This document shows positions 49,621 through 59,635 of a stretch of DNA of 64,000 nt, piece by piece. The notes under the pieces were generated by a model, which did not search any database, had not been told where the DNA came from, and was given only the letters and a program-made list of their open reading frames with translations. The stretch comes from Dehalococcoidia bacterium. GTDB lineage: Bacteria; Chloroflexota; Dehalococcoidia; DSTF01; JACRBR01. The stretch is from positions 1 through 64,000 of the forward strand of contig JBGQBE010000007.1 of assembly GCA_041494685.1 (NCBI GenBank). The letters run 5' to 3'. A program made the translations under genes and the position numbers. Numbering within the stretch: position 1 is the stretch's first letter; every line of letters starts with the position of its first letter.

Positions 49621-50670
49621 ATGAAGACCGCTATCGGCTTCGGCATCACGGGCGAGGACAACTGGGACGAGGCGGCGGCCTACGCCGTCGAGGCGGAGCG
49701 CCTCGGCGTCGATTTCGTCTGGTCCGCGGAGGCGTGGGGCCACGACGCGGTCACCCCGCTCGCCTATCTCGCGGCGAAGACATCGCGCATCAGGCTGGGC
49801 GCGGGCATCATGCAGGCCGTCGCCCGCACGCCCGCCAACACCGCCATGACGGCTATGACGCTGATGTCGCTCTCGAACGGGCGCTTCATCATGGGCCTCG
49901 GCGCCAGCGGCCCGCAGGTGGTGGAGGGCTGGCACGGCGTGCCGTTCCGCAAGCCCATCCAGCGCATCCGCGAGGTGATCGAGATCGTGCGCATCATCTC
50001 GCGCGGCGACAAGCTCCAGTACGACGGCCAGATCTACCACCTGCCCCTGCCCGGCGGCGAGGGCAAGTCCATCCGCTCGGGGGCGCGGCCGCAGCCCAAC
50101 ATCCCCGTCTACCTCGCGACCCTCAGCCCGAAGAGCCTGGAGATGACGGGCGAGCTCGCCGACGGCTGGGTCGGCACGTCGTTCATGCCGGAGCACGCCA
50201 ACGTCTTCTTCGACCACATCGCGCGCGGCGCGAAGGCAGCGGGCCGCTCGCTGGCGGACATCGACCTGCAGGCGGGCGGCGCCGTCGCCTTCTCGGACGA
50301 CGTCGACCGCCTCATCGCACGCCACAAGCCGGGGCTCGCGTTTACGCTCGGCGCCATGGGGTCGAAGGAGCACAACTTCTACAACGCGGCCTTCCAGCGC
50401 GCCGGCTACCAGGAGGAGGCGCAGGCGGTCCAGCGGCACTGGATCGAGGGAGACCGCAAGGGCGCCGCGGACCTCGTCCCCGACGAGATCGTGCGGCAGG
50501 CGAACCTGCTGGGTACCGAGGCGATGGTGCGCGACCGCATCCGCGCCTATCGCGACGCCGGCGTGACGACGCTCCGCATCCAGCCGGAGGGCCGCTCGCT
50601 GGAGGAGCGGCTGGAGACGCTGGGGCGGACGGTCGAGCTTGTGAAGGACGTCAGCGCGGAGAAGGCGTAG
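49621..50670 (+). CDS. LLM-class F420-dependent oxidoreductase
   Basis: WSAEAWGHDA, GLGASGPQVVEGWHG, GAMGS...NFY; AGGAGG RBS. Confidence 0.9.
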   Translation: MKTAIGFGITGEDNWDEAAAYAVEAERLGVDFVWSAEAWGHDAVTPLAYLAAKTSRIRLGAGIMQAVARTPANTAMTAMTLMSLSNGRFIMGLGASGPQVVEGWHGVPFRKPIQRIREVIEIVRIISRGDKLQYDGQIYHLPLPGGEGKSIRSGARPQPNIPVYLATLSPKSLEMTGELADGWVGTSFMPEHANVFFDHIARGAKAAGRSLADIDLQAGGAVAFSDDVDRLIARHKPGLAFTLGAMGSKEHNFYNAAFQRAGYQEEAQAVQRHWIEGDRKGAADLVPDEIVRQANLLGTEAMVRDRIRAYRDAGVTTLRIQPEGRSLEERLETLGRTVELVKDVSAEKA

Positions 50671-50673
50671 CCG

Positions 50674-51507
50674 CTACCCCACCAGGCGTCCGCCGATGAC
50701 GATCGCCAGCCCGGCCGCCGTGACGATCGCGAACTCCGCGAGCACAGCGTGGCTCAGGTGCTCGGTCAGGTAGTGAGAGATGACCCCCGTCGCCAGGTAG
50801 AACACCAGCAGGATGAAGACGCCCGCGAGGAAACCCTCGAGCGGGATGAAGTACAGCACCCAGCGCGCCTCTCCGGCGATGACGCCGATCACCGCCGCGA
50901 ACACCAGCGACCGCAGCGGATCGGCCTCCGCCTCGCGAAACACCTCGATCGACAGCAGCATGCTGATCAGTCCGACCGCGAAGGCGGCCGGCAGCAGGTC
51001 CACGTCGAAGCCGTAGACGACGGCGTAGAAGCCGAACGCCGTCAGGTACGTGATCACGTTGAGGATGAAGCGCGCCATCGGGAACTGCGGGTGCTCCGGC
51101 TCGACGGAGATGTGCTCCGCGTACAGCGTCAGCCCCATCAGCACGCCCGCGCCCATCACGGCGGGCACCGCCCAGTAGCTGAGCACGACGTCCTCCAGGA
51201 AGAGCCCGGCTGACAGCGTGAACAGCACCGGCACGAACAGGTACGGCGACGTGTCGGCGATCGTGTGGAACTCGCCGCGCGGGTGCGAGCGGATGATGCC
51301 ATCGGCGCCCAGCCCCACCAGCGCCGTCACCGCCATCAAGATCCACGGGCGCACCGGATCGATAGTAATGAACAAGGCGAGGCCGACCGTGAAGGCCAGC
51401 GCCAGGAGAGGGATGCGGCCCGCACGTGAGGCGCCGCCAAGTTGAGAGCCCGGCGGGCGCTCCGCTAAGGGCGGCGCGCCGCGCTCGAGCGCGGGAGATT
51501 GTGCCAT
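50674..51507 (-). CDS. Multi-pass membrane protein of unknown function (DUF5656-like)
   Basis: About 9 hydrophobic segments, GADGIIRSHP motif; upstream promoter present. Confidence 0.7.
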   Translation of the reverse strand: MAQSPALERGAPPLAERPPGSQLGGASRAGRIPLLALAFTVGLALFITIDPVRPWILMAVTALVGLGADGIIRSHPRGEFHTIADTSPYLFVPVLFTLSAGLFLEDVVLSYWAVPAVMGAGVLMGLTLYAEHISVEPEHPQFPMARFILNVITYLTAFGFYAVVYGFDVDLLPAAFAVGLISMLLSIEVFREAEADPLRSLVFAAVIGVIAGEARWVLYFIPLEGFLAGVFILLVFYLATGVISHYLTEHLSHAVLAEFAIVTAAGLAIVIGGRLVG

Positions 51508-51578
51508 AAGGTGTTGTACCTCGGGACAAGCGGACGCCCAGAAACCGGGGCGTGAACCTGTCGCGTCAGGACGTGCCG

Positions 51579-51607
51579 ATCCTATCCCCTGAGCCGGGGG
51601 GTGTCAA
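51579..51607 (-). promoter_or_regulatory. Sigma-70 promoter of the membrane protein gene
   Basis: TTGACA-N17-TAGGAT. Confidence 0.7.
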
Positions 51608-51665
51608 CTAAATGGGCGCGATGTGAATCTGAACATGGCAAGCCGCGACATCTCGACGCCCGCCG

Positions 51666-52694
51666 TCAGCGCGTACGCGCTCGCTTCGTCGCGGCTCGCT
51701 TCGGCGGCCCTCCGCGCTTCTTCGGCGACCGCGCCGCGGACGCCGCGCGCTTCGCGCCGCTCGCCGCCGCTGCCGGCGTGCGCACGACGATCGCGGCCGG
51801 TGCCGCGCGCGCACGCTTCTGCTTCGCCCACGCTACGGGCGCTTCGCCGTAGATCTCGGCGCCGTTCTCCCACCACATACGCTCTCGTGCGTCGGCCGGC
51901 ACGTCGAGCAGGTCGAAGATCGTGTCCCAGCGGCGGATGTGGTCGGCGATCTTCTCGGGCGCGGTGTCGGAGCCGAAGATCAGCTTCTCGAAGCCGATCT
52001 CGTGGCCGATCAATCGCCGCTCGACCGCATGCCGCTCGATGGTCGTGCCGCCGCTGAAGTCGAAGTAGACGTTGTGGCGCCAGCGCGCCACCGAGGCCGC
52101 CTCGTCGTAGTTGCCGGTGCCGCCCAGGTGCGCACCGATCAGCCGCAGCGAGGGGAAGTTGTTGGCGATCGTGTCCAGGTGGAACGGCCGCATGCGCGTC
52201 GCGGAGATGTTGCGCGGCGTCGCCGCCATCTGCCGCATCCGCCCGTACGCCTCTGCCGCCTGCGGGTCGCGGCGAGGATGCGTGACGCGGTAATCGATGC
52301 CGCCGCCGATGACGCCCATGTGCAGCAGGATCGGCCAGCCAAACTCCTGCGCCTTCTCGTAGATCGGGAAGTAGTCCGGGCAGTCGTAGTCGCGCAGCAC
52401 GCCGATCATCTTCAGGCCGCGGTAGCCCATGTCGCGCAGCTCGCCGAGGCGCGCAGGCGGCGTCGTCTCCGGGTCGATCATCGCGGTCGGGATGAAGAGA
52501 TCCGGGTGACGCAGCGCGTGCTTGATCGACGCTTCGTGCGAGATGCCGAAGCGGCCGCCGCACAGGAAGTTCGCCTTCGTAATGCCGGCCTCGACCGCGC
52601 GCCGGTAGAGGTTCTCGACGAGCGGCTTGGGGTCCGCGTCGAGCTGCTCCCAATTCCGCGGGAAGTGCATATGGATGTCGAAGATCTTGCGCAC
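51666..52694 (-). CDS. Amidohydrolase family protein (Amidohydro_2-like) with basic C-terminal tail
   Basis: DIHMH, GLKM, LLHMG, IGAHLG, IFGSD. Confidence 0.88.
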   Translation of the reverse strand: MRKIFDIHMHFPRNWEQLDADPKPLVENLYRRAVEAGITKANFLCGGRFGISHEASIKHALRHPDLFIPTAMIDPETTPPARLGELRDMGYRGLKMIGVLRDYDCPDYFPIYEKAQEFGWPILLHMGVIGGGIDYRVTHPRRDPQAAEAYGRMRQMAATPRNISATRMRPFHLDTIANNFPSLRLIGAHLGGTGNYDEAASVARWRHNVYFDFSGGTTIERHAVERRLIGHEIGFEKLIFGSDTAPEKIADHIRRWDTIFDLLDVPADARERMWWENGAEIYGEAPVAWAKQKRARAAPAAIVVRTPAAAASGAKRAASAARSPKKRGGPPKRAATKRARTR

Positions 52695-52781
52695 GCGCGC
52701 CCCCTGTCTCGCTGCCGTGATGATGTGTGCGGATCAGGTTAGCGAGCGGGGAGGTGCAAGCGACAGGGAGCGGGCGCCGGG

Positions 52782-53108
52782 CTACGGGATGAAGTCCTTG
52801 CGGCCCTGTTCCTTGAACGCCTTGCGCTCTTTCGGCGTGGACATCGGGCGGTCCATCGCGTACTGCTTCACAAGGTTGTCAAAGGAGAGGTCGGGGTTCG
52901 ACGCGTCGATCATCTTGTCGTACTTGGGGTCGAGTTGGTCGATCTGCGACCGCATCGAGAGGTGGAACGCGAACCGGCTGATCATCCGCGTCATCTTCTT
53001 GCTGCCGCACTCCGGGCATGCTGCGACGAAGTCATCGGCCGCCACGCGGCGCGTGATCACCTCGACGAACTTCTTGCAGCGGTGGCAGGCGTACTCGTAG
53101 ATCGGCAT
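52782..53108 (-). CDS. FmdB family zinc-ribbon protein
   Basis: MPIYEYACHRC...CPECGS..MTRMIS. Confidence 0.88.
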   Translation of the reverse strand: MPIYEYACHRCKKFVEVITRRVAADDFVAACPECGSKKMTRMISRFAFHLSMRSQIDQLDPKYDKMIDASNPDLSFDNLVKQYAMDRPMSTPKERKAFKEQGRKDFIP

Positions 53109-53195
53109 CTCTGCGGCTTTCCGTAGCACTCCGCGGGCGGCGCACCCGTACAGCCACTATAGCAGCGCCCGATGCGCGCCGCAGTGGCAGGCCGC

Positions 53196-54167
53196 CTATG
53201 CGCGGCGCTCCAGCACGTAGCCGGCGATGTCCTCCAGCGTGGCGCGCGCCGGGATGTCCGGGAGCGTGTGCAGCGACGCCAGCGCGCGGTCGCGGAAGTC
53301 GCGGGCGACGTTGTACGACTCGTTCAGGATGTCGGAGTTCAGCACCATGTAGACCGCTTCGGCCACCAGTTCGGTCTTGGGCTTGCGCGAGCGGAATGCC
53401 TTCTTGATCGGGTTGTCGTTCGGGTAGCGCTCCATCAGGATCAGCGACGGCAGCGTGATCGTCCCCTGCATCAGGTCGCTGCCGATCGGCTTGCCCATCT
53501 CCTGCTCATCGCCGGCGAAGTCCAGGATGTCGTCGACGACCTGGAACGCCATGCCGACGTTGAGCCCGTACAGGCGCAGCGCCTCGCGTTCGCCCGGCGT
53601 GCAGCGCGCCACCATCGCGCCGCCCTCGGCCGACGTGGCAAACAGCGACGCAGTCTTCCCCTCGATGCGGCCGAAGTATTTGATCGTGTCCTGGCCGTAG
53701 TCGTACGCGCTCATGTCCTGGTGCAGCTCGCCGCCGGCGATCGCCATGATCGTGTGGGCGAAGAGCCGGACGACGGCCGTGCTCTCGGTGCGGGAGATCA
53801 GCTCGGCGGAGTGCGCGAACATGTAGTCGCCGAGCATCACCGACGCGGAGTTATTGAACAGCTCGTTCGCCGTAGGCCGACCGCGGCGCGACGGCGATGC
53901 GTCGATCACGTCGTCGTGCACCAGGGTGGCGGTGTGCAGCAGCTCGATCGACGCGGCCAGCGGCACGTGCAGGCCTGCGTTGTAGTCGCCGAACTTCCCG
54001 GAGAGCAGCGCGATCGCGGGACGCAGCCGCTTGCCGCCCACGCCCAGGACGTGGCCCAGCATCTTCGACAACGCCGGGAAGTTCTCGACGTGCTTGATCC
54101 GGTCGAGCGTGTCTTCGACGAGCTGCAGGTCCTCCTGGACCGGCCCGTAGATCGAGGCGACCTTCAC
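53196..54167 (-). CDS. Long-chain polyprenyl diphosphate synthase
   Basis: GGKRLRP, LVHDDVID, RRG, KTA, FQVVDDILD; GTGA overlap with tatD. Confidence 0.93.
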   Translation of the reverse strand: MKVASIYGPVQEDLQLVEDTLDRIKHVENFPALSKMLGHVLGVGGKRLRPAIALLSGKFGDYNAGLHVPLAASIELLHTATLVHDDVIDASPSRRGRPTANELFNNSASVMLGDYMFAHSAELISRTESTAVVRLFAHTIMAIAGGELHQDMSAYDYGQDTIKYFGRIEGKTASLFATSAEGGAMVARCTPGEREALRLYGLNVGMAFQVVDDILDFAGDEQEMGKPIGSDLMQGTITLPSLILMERYPNDNPIKKAFRSRKPKTELVAEAVYMVLNSDILNESYNVARDFRDRALASLHTLPDIPARATLEDIAGYVLERRA

Positions 54168-54985
54168 CGCTCGCTCCTTCCCGCCGCGGAGACGGCCACG
54201 CCCAGCAGGCGCAGCGCGTTGCGCGATGTGATTTCCGCCACGTCTTCGACCGCCACGCCCTTCAGCTCCGCGATCGCGGCAGCGGCTTCGCCGACGTACG
54301 CAGGCTCGTTGCGCTTGCCGCGGAACCGCTGGGGCGCGCCGTACGGGCTGTCCGTCTCGATCACCAGGTGCTCCAGCGGCACCTGCCGCGCTACGTCCCG
54401 CAGCACCGTCGCCTTCGGATGCGTCACGGACGTGTGCACGGAGATCACGAAGCCCAGATCCGCATAGCGCCGCGCGTCGTCCGCGTCGGACGAGAAGTAA
54501 TGCATGACCCCCAGCGGACGCCCGTCCGGCAGGCACCCCCCCATCGCGCGTGACCACTCCGCCAGCAGCGGCATCATCTCTCCGTGCGCCTCGCGCGCAT
54601 GCACCGCGACTGGCTTGCCGGTGCGCTTCGCCGTCTTTAGCTGTCTACGCAGAACCTTCACCTGCTGATCACGCGGCGACAGGTTCCGGTAGAAGTCCAA
54701 CCCGATCTCACCCACCACCGCCACTCTCGGGCGCCGGGCCAGCTCCTCCAACTGGTCGAGCTCGGCATCGGTGGCGTCCTGCGCGTCGTGCGGGTGTACT
54801 CCCGCCGCCGCGAGCACGCAGGCGTGCCGCTCGGCCAGCGCGACGGCGAGGCGGCTGTTCGCCGCGTCGACGCCGAGTGTCAGTATCAACTCCACACCGG
54901 CCGCACGCGCCCGTTCGATGACGGCGTCGCGATCGGCATCGAACTCCTTGTCGTGAATGTGGCTATGGGTGTCGATGAGGCGCAT
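54164..54985 (-). CDS. tatD: TatD family nuclease
   Basis: DTHSH, GVHPH, GEIGLDFY, VHAR, ETDSPY. Confidence 0.92.
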   Translation of the reverse strand: MRLIDTHSHIHDKEFDADRDAVIERARAAGVELILTLGVDAANSRLAVALAERHACVLAAAGVHPHDAQDATDAELDQLEELARRPRVAVVGEIGLDFYRNLSPRDQQVKVLRRQLKTAKRTGKPVAVHAREAHGEMMPLLAEWSRAMGGCLPDGRPLGVMHYFSSDADDARRYADLGFVISVHTSVTHPKATVLRDVARQVPLEHLVIETDSPYGAPQRFRGKRNEPAYVGEAAAAIAELKGVAVEDVAEITSRNALRLLGVAVSAAGRSER

Positions 54986-54986
54986 G

Positions 54987-56669
54987 TCAGGCCGTGAGCC
55001 GCGCCTCCCCTTCGACAGCCGGCTGTTCGATCTTCTTGAACAGCGGCCCAGGCTGCCGCAGCGCCGAGCCAGGCTCCGGCCTGCTTGCTACCCACCCGGA
55101 TGCACCCACGTCCCCGCTCAGCCCCAGAAACTCGTGAATCTGCTGACTGGAGAACGGCAGGAACGGGTAGAGCGCCACCTTCAGCGCGTTTATAACACAG
55201 AGCGCGGTGTAAAGGGACGTGGCCGTGCGATCCCGGTCGGTCTTGGCCGTCTTCCAGGGTTCCGTTTCGTTCAGATAGGCGTTGGCTTCCTGCGCCAGCC
55301 CCATCGCCGAGCCGAGCGCCGCCTTCAAGTGCACCGCCTCGATCTGGGAAGCGCACTCGCGCAGCACGTCGTCCGCGCGCGCGAGCAGGTGGTGGTCGCG
55401 CGCGTCGAACGCGCCGGGCTGCGGCACCGCGGGACCGAAGTTCTTGTGCGTCATGGCGAGCACGCGGTTCACGAGGTTGCCCCACGTCGCCACCAGCTCG
55501 TCATTGATACGCCGGATGATCTCCGCTTCCGTGAGATCGGTGTCGGAGTTCTCGGGCAGGTTCGCGGCCAGGGCGTAGCGGATCGCGTCGGGCTGGTAGC
55601 GCTCCAGGTACGTCAGCACGGATTCGCCGACGCCTTCGCTCTTCGAGGCCTTCTCGCCCTTGAACGTCACGTACTGATTCGCAGGGACGTCGTACGGCAG
55701 GTTCAGGCCGCGATAGCCCATCAGGATCGCCGGCCAGATGATCGTGTGGAATGGGATGTTGTCCTTGCCGATGAAGTAGTAGGAGCGCGCGGCGGGATCC
55801 TCCCACCACTCCTTCCATGCGTCGGGCTCGCCGCGGAGCTGCGCCCACTCCTTCGCCGCGGACAGGTAGCCGATCACCGCTTCGAACCAGACGTAGATCC
55901 GCTTGCCGGGGCCGAGATCCTCCACCGGCAACGGGATGCCCCACTCCAGGTCGCGCGTGATCGCCCGGTCGTGCAGGCCTTCCTCGACGAAGCCGATGCT
56001 GAAGTTCAGCACGTGCTTGCGCCAGCCCTGGCGGCCGCGCAGCCACTCCAGGAGCGGCTCCTGGAATGCGCTGAGCCGGAGGAAGAAGTGCTCGGTCTCC
56101 CGTTGTTCGGGCGTCGCGCCGCTGATGGTGCTCTGCGGGTCGATCAGGTTCTCAGGATCCAGCGTGCGGCCGCAGTTGTCGCACTGGTCTCCCCGCGCCT
56201 TCTCGTAACCGCAGTTCGGGCAGGTACCGCGGACGTAGCGGTCCGGCAGAAAGCGCTCCGCCTGGGGGTCGTAGAACTGCAGCGTCTTCGCCTTGTGGAT
56301 GTAGCCGTGCTCCAGCAGCCTGCGGAAGACGTCGTGCGTGACCTCCGTGTGGTTCGGGGTGCCGGTGGTAGTGAAGAGGTCGAATGAGATGCCCAGCTCC
56401 CGCCAGTAGCGCAGGAACTCGGGGTGGAACTGGTCCACGACCTCCTGCGGCGTGCGGCCCTCTCGCTCGGCGCGCACGGTGATGGGCGTGCCGTGCTGGT
56501 CGCTGCCGGACACCATCAGCACGCGGTTGCCGATCATGCGGTGGTAGCGCGCGAAGATGTCCGCCGGCAGGTACGCGCCGGCGATGTGGCCGAGGTGGAG
56601 CGATCCGTTCGCGTACGGCCACGCGACGGCGACGAGAATGTGACGTGGAGTGTTTGGTCGGTCAGTCAA
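54987..56669 (-). CDS. metG: Methionine-tRNA ligase (short form, no C-terminal dimerisation domain)
   Basis: PYANG..HLGH, Zn knuckle CPNC/CDNC, YVWF, GKDNIPFH, KASKS. Confidence 0.96.
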   Translation of the reverse strand: MTDRPNTPRHILVAVAWPYANGSLHLGHIAGAYLPADIFARYHRMIGNRVLMVSGSDQHGTPITVRAEREGRTPQEVVDQFHPEFLRYWRELGISFDLFTTTGTPNHTEVTHDVFRRLLEHGYIHKAKTLQFYDPQAERFLPDRYVRGTCPNCGYEKARGDQCDNCGRTLDPENLIDPQSTISGATPEQRETEHFFLRLSAFQEPLLEWLRGRQGWRKHVLNFSIGFVEEGLHDRAITRDLEWGIPLPVEDLGPGKRIYVWFEAVIGYLSAAKEWAQLRGEPDAWKEWWEDPAARSYYFIGKDNIPFHTIIWPAILMGYRGLNLPYDVPANQYVTFKGEKASKSEGVGESVLTYLERYQPDAIRYALAANLPENSDTDLTEAEIIRRINDELVATWGNLVNRVLAMTHKNFGPAVPQPGAFDARDHHLLARADDVLRECASQIEAVHLKAALGSAMGLAQEANAYLNETEPWKTAKTDRDRTATSLYTALCVINALKVALYPFLPFSSQQIHEFLGLSGDVGASGWVASRPEPGSALRQPGPLFKKIEQPAVEGEARLTA

Positions 56670-56719
56670 AGCGGGGATATTCTAACCAATCCGGCGCCCT
56701 GGGCCTCGGGCCGCCGTCT

Positions 56720-57535
56720 TCAGTCGCGATGCCATGCCGCATACGCGGCGCGGCGGCTGAGACCGAAGCGACGCATCAGCGCCGCAACGGCGTCCTTCGC
56801 CGGCATGCCGGCCGCGCGCATCGCCGCGATGGCATCCGGCAGCGATTCCGTGCGTTCGGGCGCGGCTGCTGGCGCCGGGCCGCCCTCGATCACCAGCGTG
56901 AACTCGCCGCGCGGCTCTGTGAAGTGCTCGATCGCGCCCGAGATGCTGCCACGCCAGATCTCCTCGTACAGCTTCGTCAGCTCGCGGCAGACGGCGATGC
57001 GCCGGTCGCCCAGCGCCGCCCGCGCGTCGCGGAGCGTCGCCAACACCCGATGCGGCGACTCGAACACGACCAGCGTGTCGCCGGACGCGCCGGCTTCGGC
57101 GATCGCCCGCCGGCGCGGCCCGCCCTGTCGGGGCAGGAAGCCCAGGTAGTGGAACCGGCGCGACGGCAGGCCGCTGGCGGCGACCGCAGCGAGCACGGCT
57201 GACGCACCAGGAATCGGCACGATCGTGTGCCCTGCCTCGACAGCCGCAACGACGAGTTCGTGACCCGGGTCGCTGATGCCCGGCATCCCGGCATCGCTCA
57301 CGACCGCCACATCGCCCGTCTCGAGCGCAGCCAGGATCTGGGACGTGCGCGCGCGCGCGTTATGCTCGTTGTAGCTCAGGAGCCTGGCGTGGATCTGGAA
57401 GTGCGCCAGCAGCTTGCCCGCCGACCGCGTGTCCTCCGCCGCGATCAGGGGGACGGTGCGCAACACATCGAGCGCGCGCAGCGTTATGTCCTGCAAGTTC
57501 CCGATGGGCGTAGCGACGAGGTACACCCGCCCCAT
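56720..57535 (-). CDS. rsmI: 16S rRNA C1402 2'-O-methyltransferase
   Basis: VATPIGNL.DIT.RA, AEDTR, SDAGMPGISDPG, ESPHR, RELTK, RGE. Confidence 0.95.
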   Translation of the reverse strand: MGRVYLVATPIGNLQDITLRALDVLRTVPLIAAEDTRSAGKLLAHFQIHARLLSYNEHNARARTSQILAALETGDVAVVSDAGMPGISDPGHELVVAAVEAGHTIVPIPGASAVLAAVAASGLPSRRFHYLGFLPRQGGPRRRAIAEAGASGDTLVVFESPHRVLATLRDARAALGDRRIAVCRELTKLYEEIWRGSISGAIEHFTEPRGEFTLVIEGGPAPAAAPERTESLPDAIAAMRAAGMPAKDAVAALMRRFGLSRRAAYAAWHRD

Positions 57536-57627
57536 CAGCGGAGGCCTCGCGCAGCATCGGCGCGATGCGTCAGTGGCGAGGGAACTGGGCGAACGCTATA
57601 GCGATTCAATAATTTCTCCCAAGAAGC

Positions 57628-57657
57628 TTGACGGTCCCTGGCGGCCGACGCTACACT
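57628..57657 (+). promoter_or_regulatory. Sigma-70 promoter of the GuaB3-like gene
   Basis: TTGACG-N18-TACACT, about 200 nt before the start codon. Confidence 0.65.
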
Positions 57658-57855
57658 CAACGAAATCATACCCCCGACGCCCCGATGGGCGGACTGTCAA
57701 ACCGAATGAATCCAGACCAGCGGTAGAAACCGGTAGGAACCCTCCGCCGGCCTCGATCTCGTTATACCCGCATCCATGCGGGAGACGGACGGGGACCAGC
57801 ACCCAAAGCCTCAAGGCGGGCAGGCCCGGCGGCACTAGTTGGAGGTACCCGAACC

Positions 57856-59001
57856 ATGTCTCAGCCCCAGTTCAAGGAAATGCGGCGCGCGTACGGATTC
57901 GACGACGTGGCCATCGTGCCCGGCGGTCACCACACCCTCAACCCGGAACTCGTAGAAATCGGGTTCAAGCTCGGAAAGCTCGATTTCCAACTGCCCTTCA
58001 TCGCGGCCGCGATGGACGGGGTGACAGACGTGAAGATGGCCGTCGAATTCTCGAAGTTCGGCGGCCTCGCTGTTTTGAACCTGGAAGGCGTCCAGACCCG
58101 CTACGAGGACCCGGCGCCGATCCTGGCCGAAATCGCTGCCGCTCCCAGGGATCAGGTGACGGCGCTGATGCAGAAGGTCTACTCCGCGCCGATCCAGCCG
58201 AACCTCATCGCGGAGCGCGTCCGGCAGATCAAGGCCGCGGGCGGCGTCGCCGCCGTGTCCGCCACACCGATGAACACCAAGAAGTTCGCACCGATCGCGA
58301 AAGACGCGGGCGTCGACGTCTTCGTGGTGCAGTCGACAGTCACCAGCGCCCGCCACGTCTCGCGCAGCGAGAAGGGACTGATCTTCGACGAACTGGTCCA
58401 GAACATGGGGGACGTGCCGGTGATCGTCGGCAATACCGTGACGTTCTCGGCCACCAAAGAGTTGATGGAGACGGGCATCGCGGCCGTACTGATCGGCGTC
58501 GGACCAGGCGCGGCCTGCACCAGCCGTGAGGTGCTCGGCATCGGCGTGCCGCAGGTCACCGCCACGATCGACGCCGCCGCCGCGCGCGACACCTACTACC
58601 GCGAGACGGGCCGCTACGTCCCGATCATCACCGACGGCGGCGTGAGCAACGGCGGGGCGATGTGCAAGTCGTTCGCCGCCGGCGCGGATGCGGTGATGCT
58701 GGGCAGCATCCTGGCCGCGGCGGAAGAGGCGCCGGGGAACGGCCACCACTGGGGCATGGCTACACCGCACGGCGAGCTGCCGCGCGGGACGCGCGTGAAG
58801 GTCTCGATCGACACGACGCTGAAGCAGACGCTGTTCGGCCCCACCTCTCGCACCGACGGCCGCGAGAACCTGGTCGGAGCGTTGCGCACGGCGATGGGCA
58901 CGTGCGGCGCCCGGACGATCCGCGATTTCCAGAAGACCGAGATGGTGATCGCCCCCGCTATCAAGACCGAGGGCAAGTCCTACCAGATCGCGCAGGGATA
59001 A
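57856..59001 (+). CDS. IMP dehydrogenase family protein (GuaB3-type, no CBS domain)
   Basis: RRAYGFDDVAIVP, GLAVLNLEG, GVGPGAACTSR.VLGIGVP, HWGMAT; GGAGG RBS. Confidence 0.92.
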   Translation: MSQPQFKEMRRAYGFDDVAIVPGGHHTLNPELVEIGFKLGKLDFQLPFIAAAMDGVTDVKMAVEFSKFGGLAVLNLEGVQTRYEDPAPILAEIAAAPRDQVTALMQKVYSAPIQPNLIAERVRQIKAAGGVAAVSATPMNTKKFAPIAKDAGVDVFVVQSTVTSARHVSRSEKGLIFDELVQNMGDVPVIVGNTVTFSATKELMETGIAAVLIGVGPGAACTSREVLGIGVPQVTATIDAAAARDTYYRETGRYVPIITDGGVSNGGAMCKSFAAGADAVMLGSILAAAEEAPGNGHHWGMATPHGELPRGTRVKVSIDTTLKQTLFGPTSRTDGRENLVGALRTAMGTCGARTIRDFQKTEMVIAPAIKTEGKSYQIAQG

Positions 59002-59031
59002 GGCTTCGGCCAACCGTCAGGGTTCGCACGG

Positions 59032-59062
59032 ACGGCGCGTCAGGTGACGCGCCGTTCTTCTT
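59032..59062 (+). terminator. Intrinsic terminator after the GuaB3-like gene
   Basis: ACGGCGCGTC-aggt-GACGCGCCGT followed by TCTTCTT. Confidence 0.7.
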
Positions 59063-59089
59063 GCTGCATGCAGCAGGTCCGGGCGACCG

Positions 59090-59395
59090 TCAGCCCGGGC
59101 GGAACGGCCTCGCGAACAGGCCGAAGAACGTCTCCAGAAAGCGGCCGCACCGGCCCTGCCTTGCAAGGCCGTCGGTGCCCCGCAAACCGGCTCGTTCAGC
59201 GTCGTAACGGGCGCGGCGGTAGGGCGTGCCAAGCACTTCGTACGCCTCGTTGAGCCGGCTCAGCCGGCGCTGGGCTTTGCGCGTCGGCTGATTCTTCAGT
59301 TCGTGCGCCTGCTCCCAATACGACTCTTCGATGACGCGCAGGTGGGCGCGGGGCGGGATGCCCAACACCTGGTAGTAGTCCACGGGCTTCGTCAC
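59090..59395 (-). CDS. Small J-domain-like protein lacking HPD
   Basis: DYYQVLGI...LNEAYEVLGTP.RRARYD; GGAGG RBS before GTG 59395. Confidence 0.75.
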   Translation of the reverse strand: MTKPVDYYQVLGIPPRAHLRVIEESYWEQAHELKNQPTRKAQRRLSRLNEAYEVLGTPYRRARYDAERAGLRGTDGLARQGRCGRFLETFFGLFARPFRPG

Positions 59396-59560
59396 GGCAG
59401 ACCTCCCCTGCGAGCGGGCACGCGCCCGTACGGAGCCGGCGCGTCTCACAGATAGCATCGACATGCGCGGGAGCCGAACGTAGCGGGCGGGCCGGAATAT
59501 TCGCGGCCCTGGCGACTCGTTGTCCGCGCCCGAAGCCGCGGCTATAATGCGGGGCACCGC

Positions 59561-59635
<75 letters not shown>

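Noticed and set aside
51508..51665. ncRNA in the gap between the amidohydrolase and membrane protein genes
   Set aside because: Explained by a TTGACA-N17-TAGGAT promoter and a short leader; no SRP, tmRNA or 6S hallmarks seen.
57700..57770. Purine riboswitch-like words (TATAA...GGTTTCTACC) near the GuaB3-like gene
   Set aside because: They are on the strand opposite to the gene, and the spacing and P2/P3 loops do not fit.
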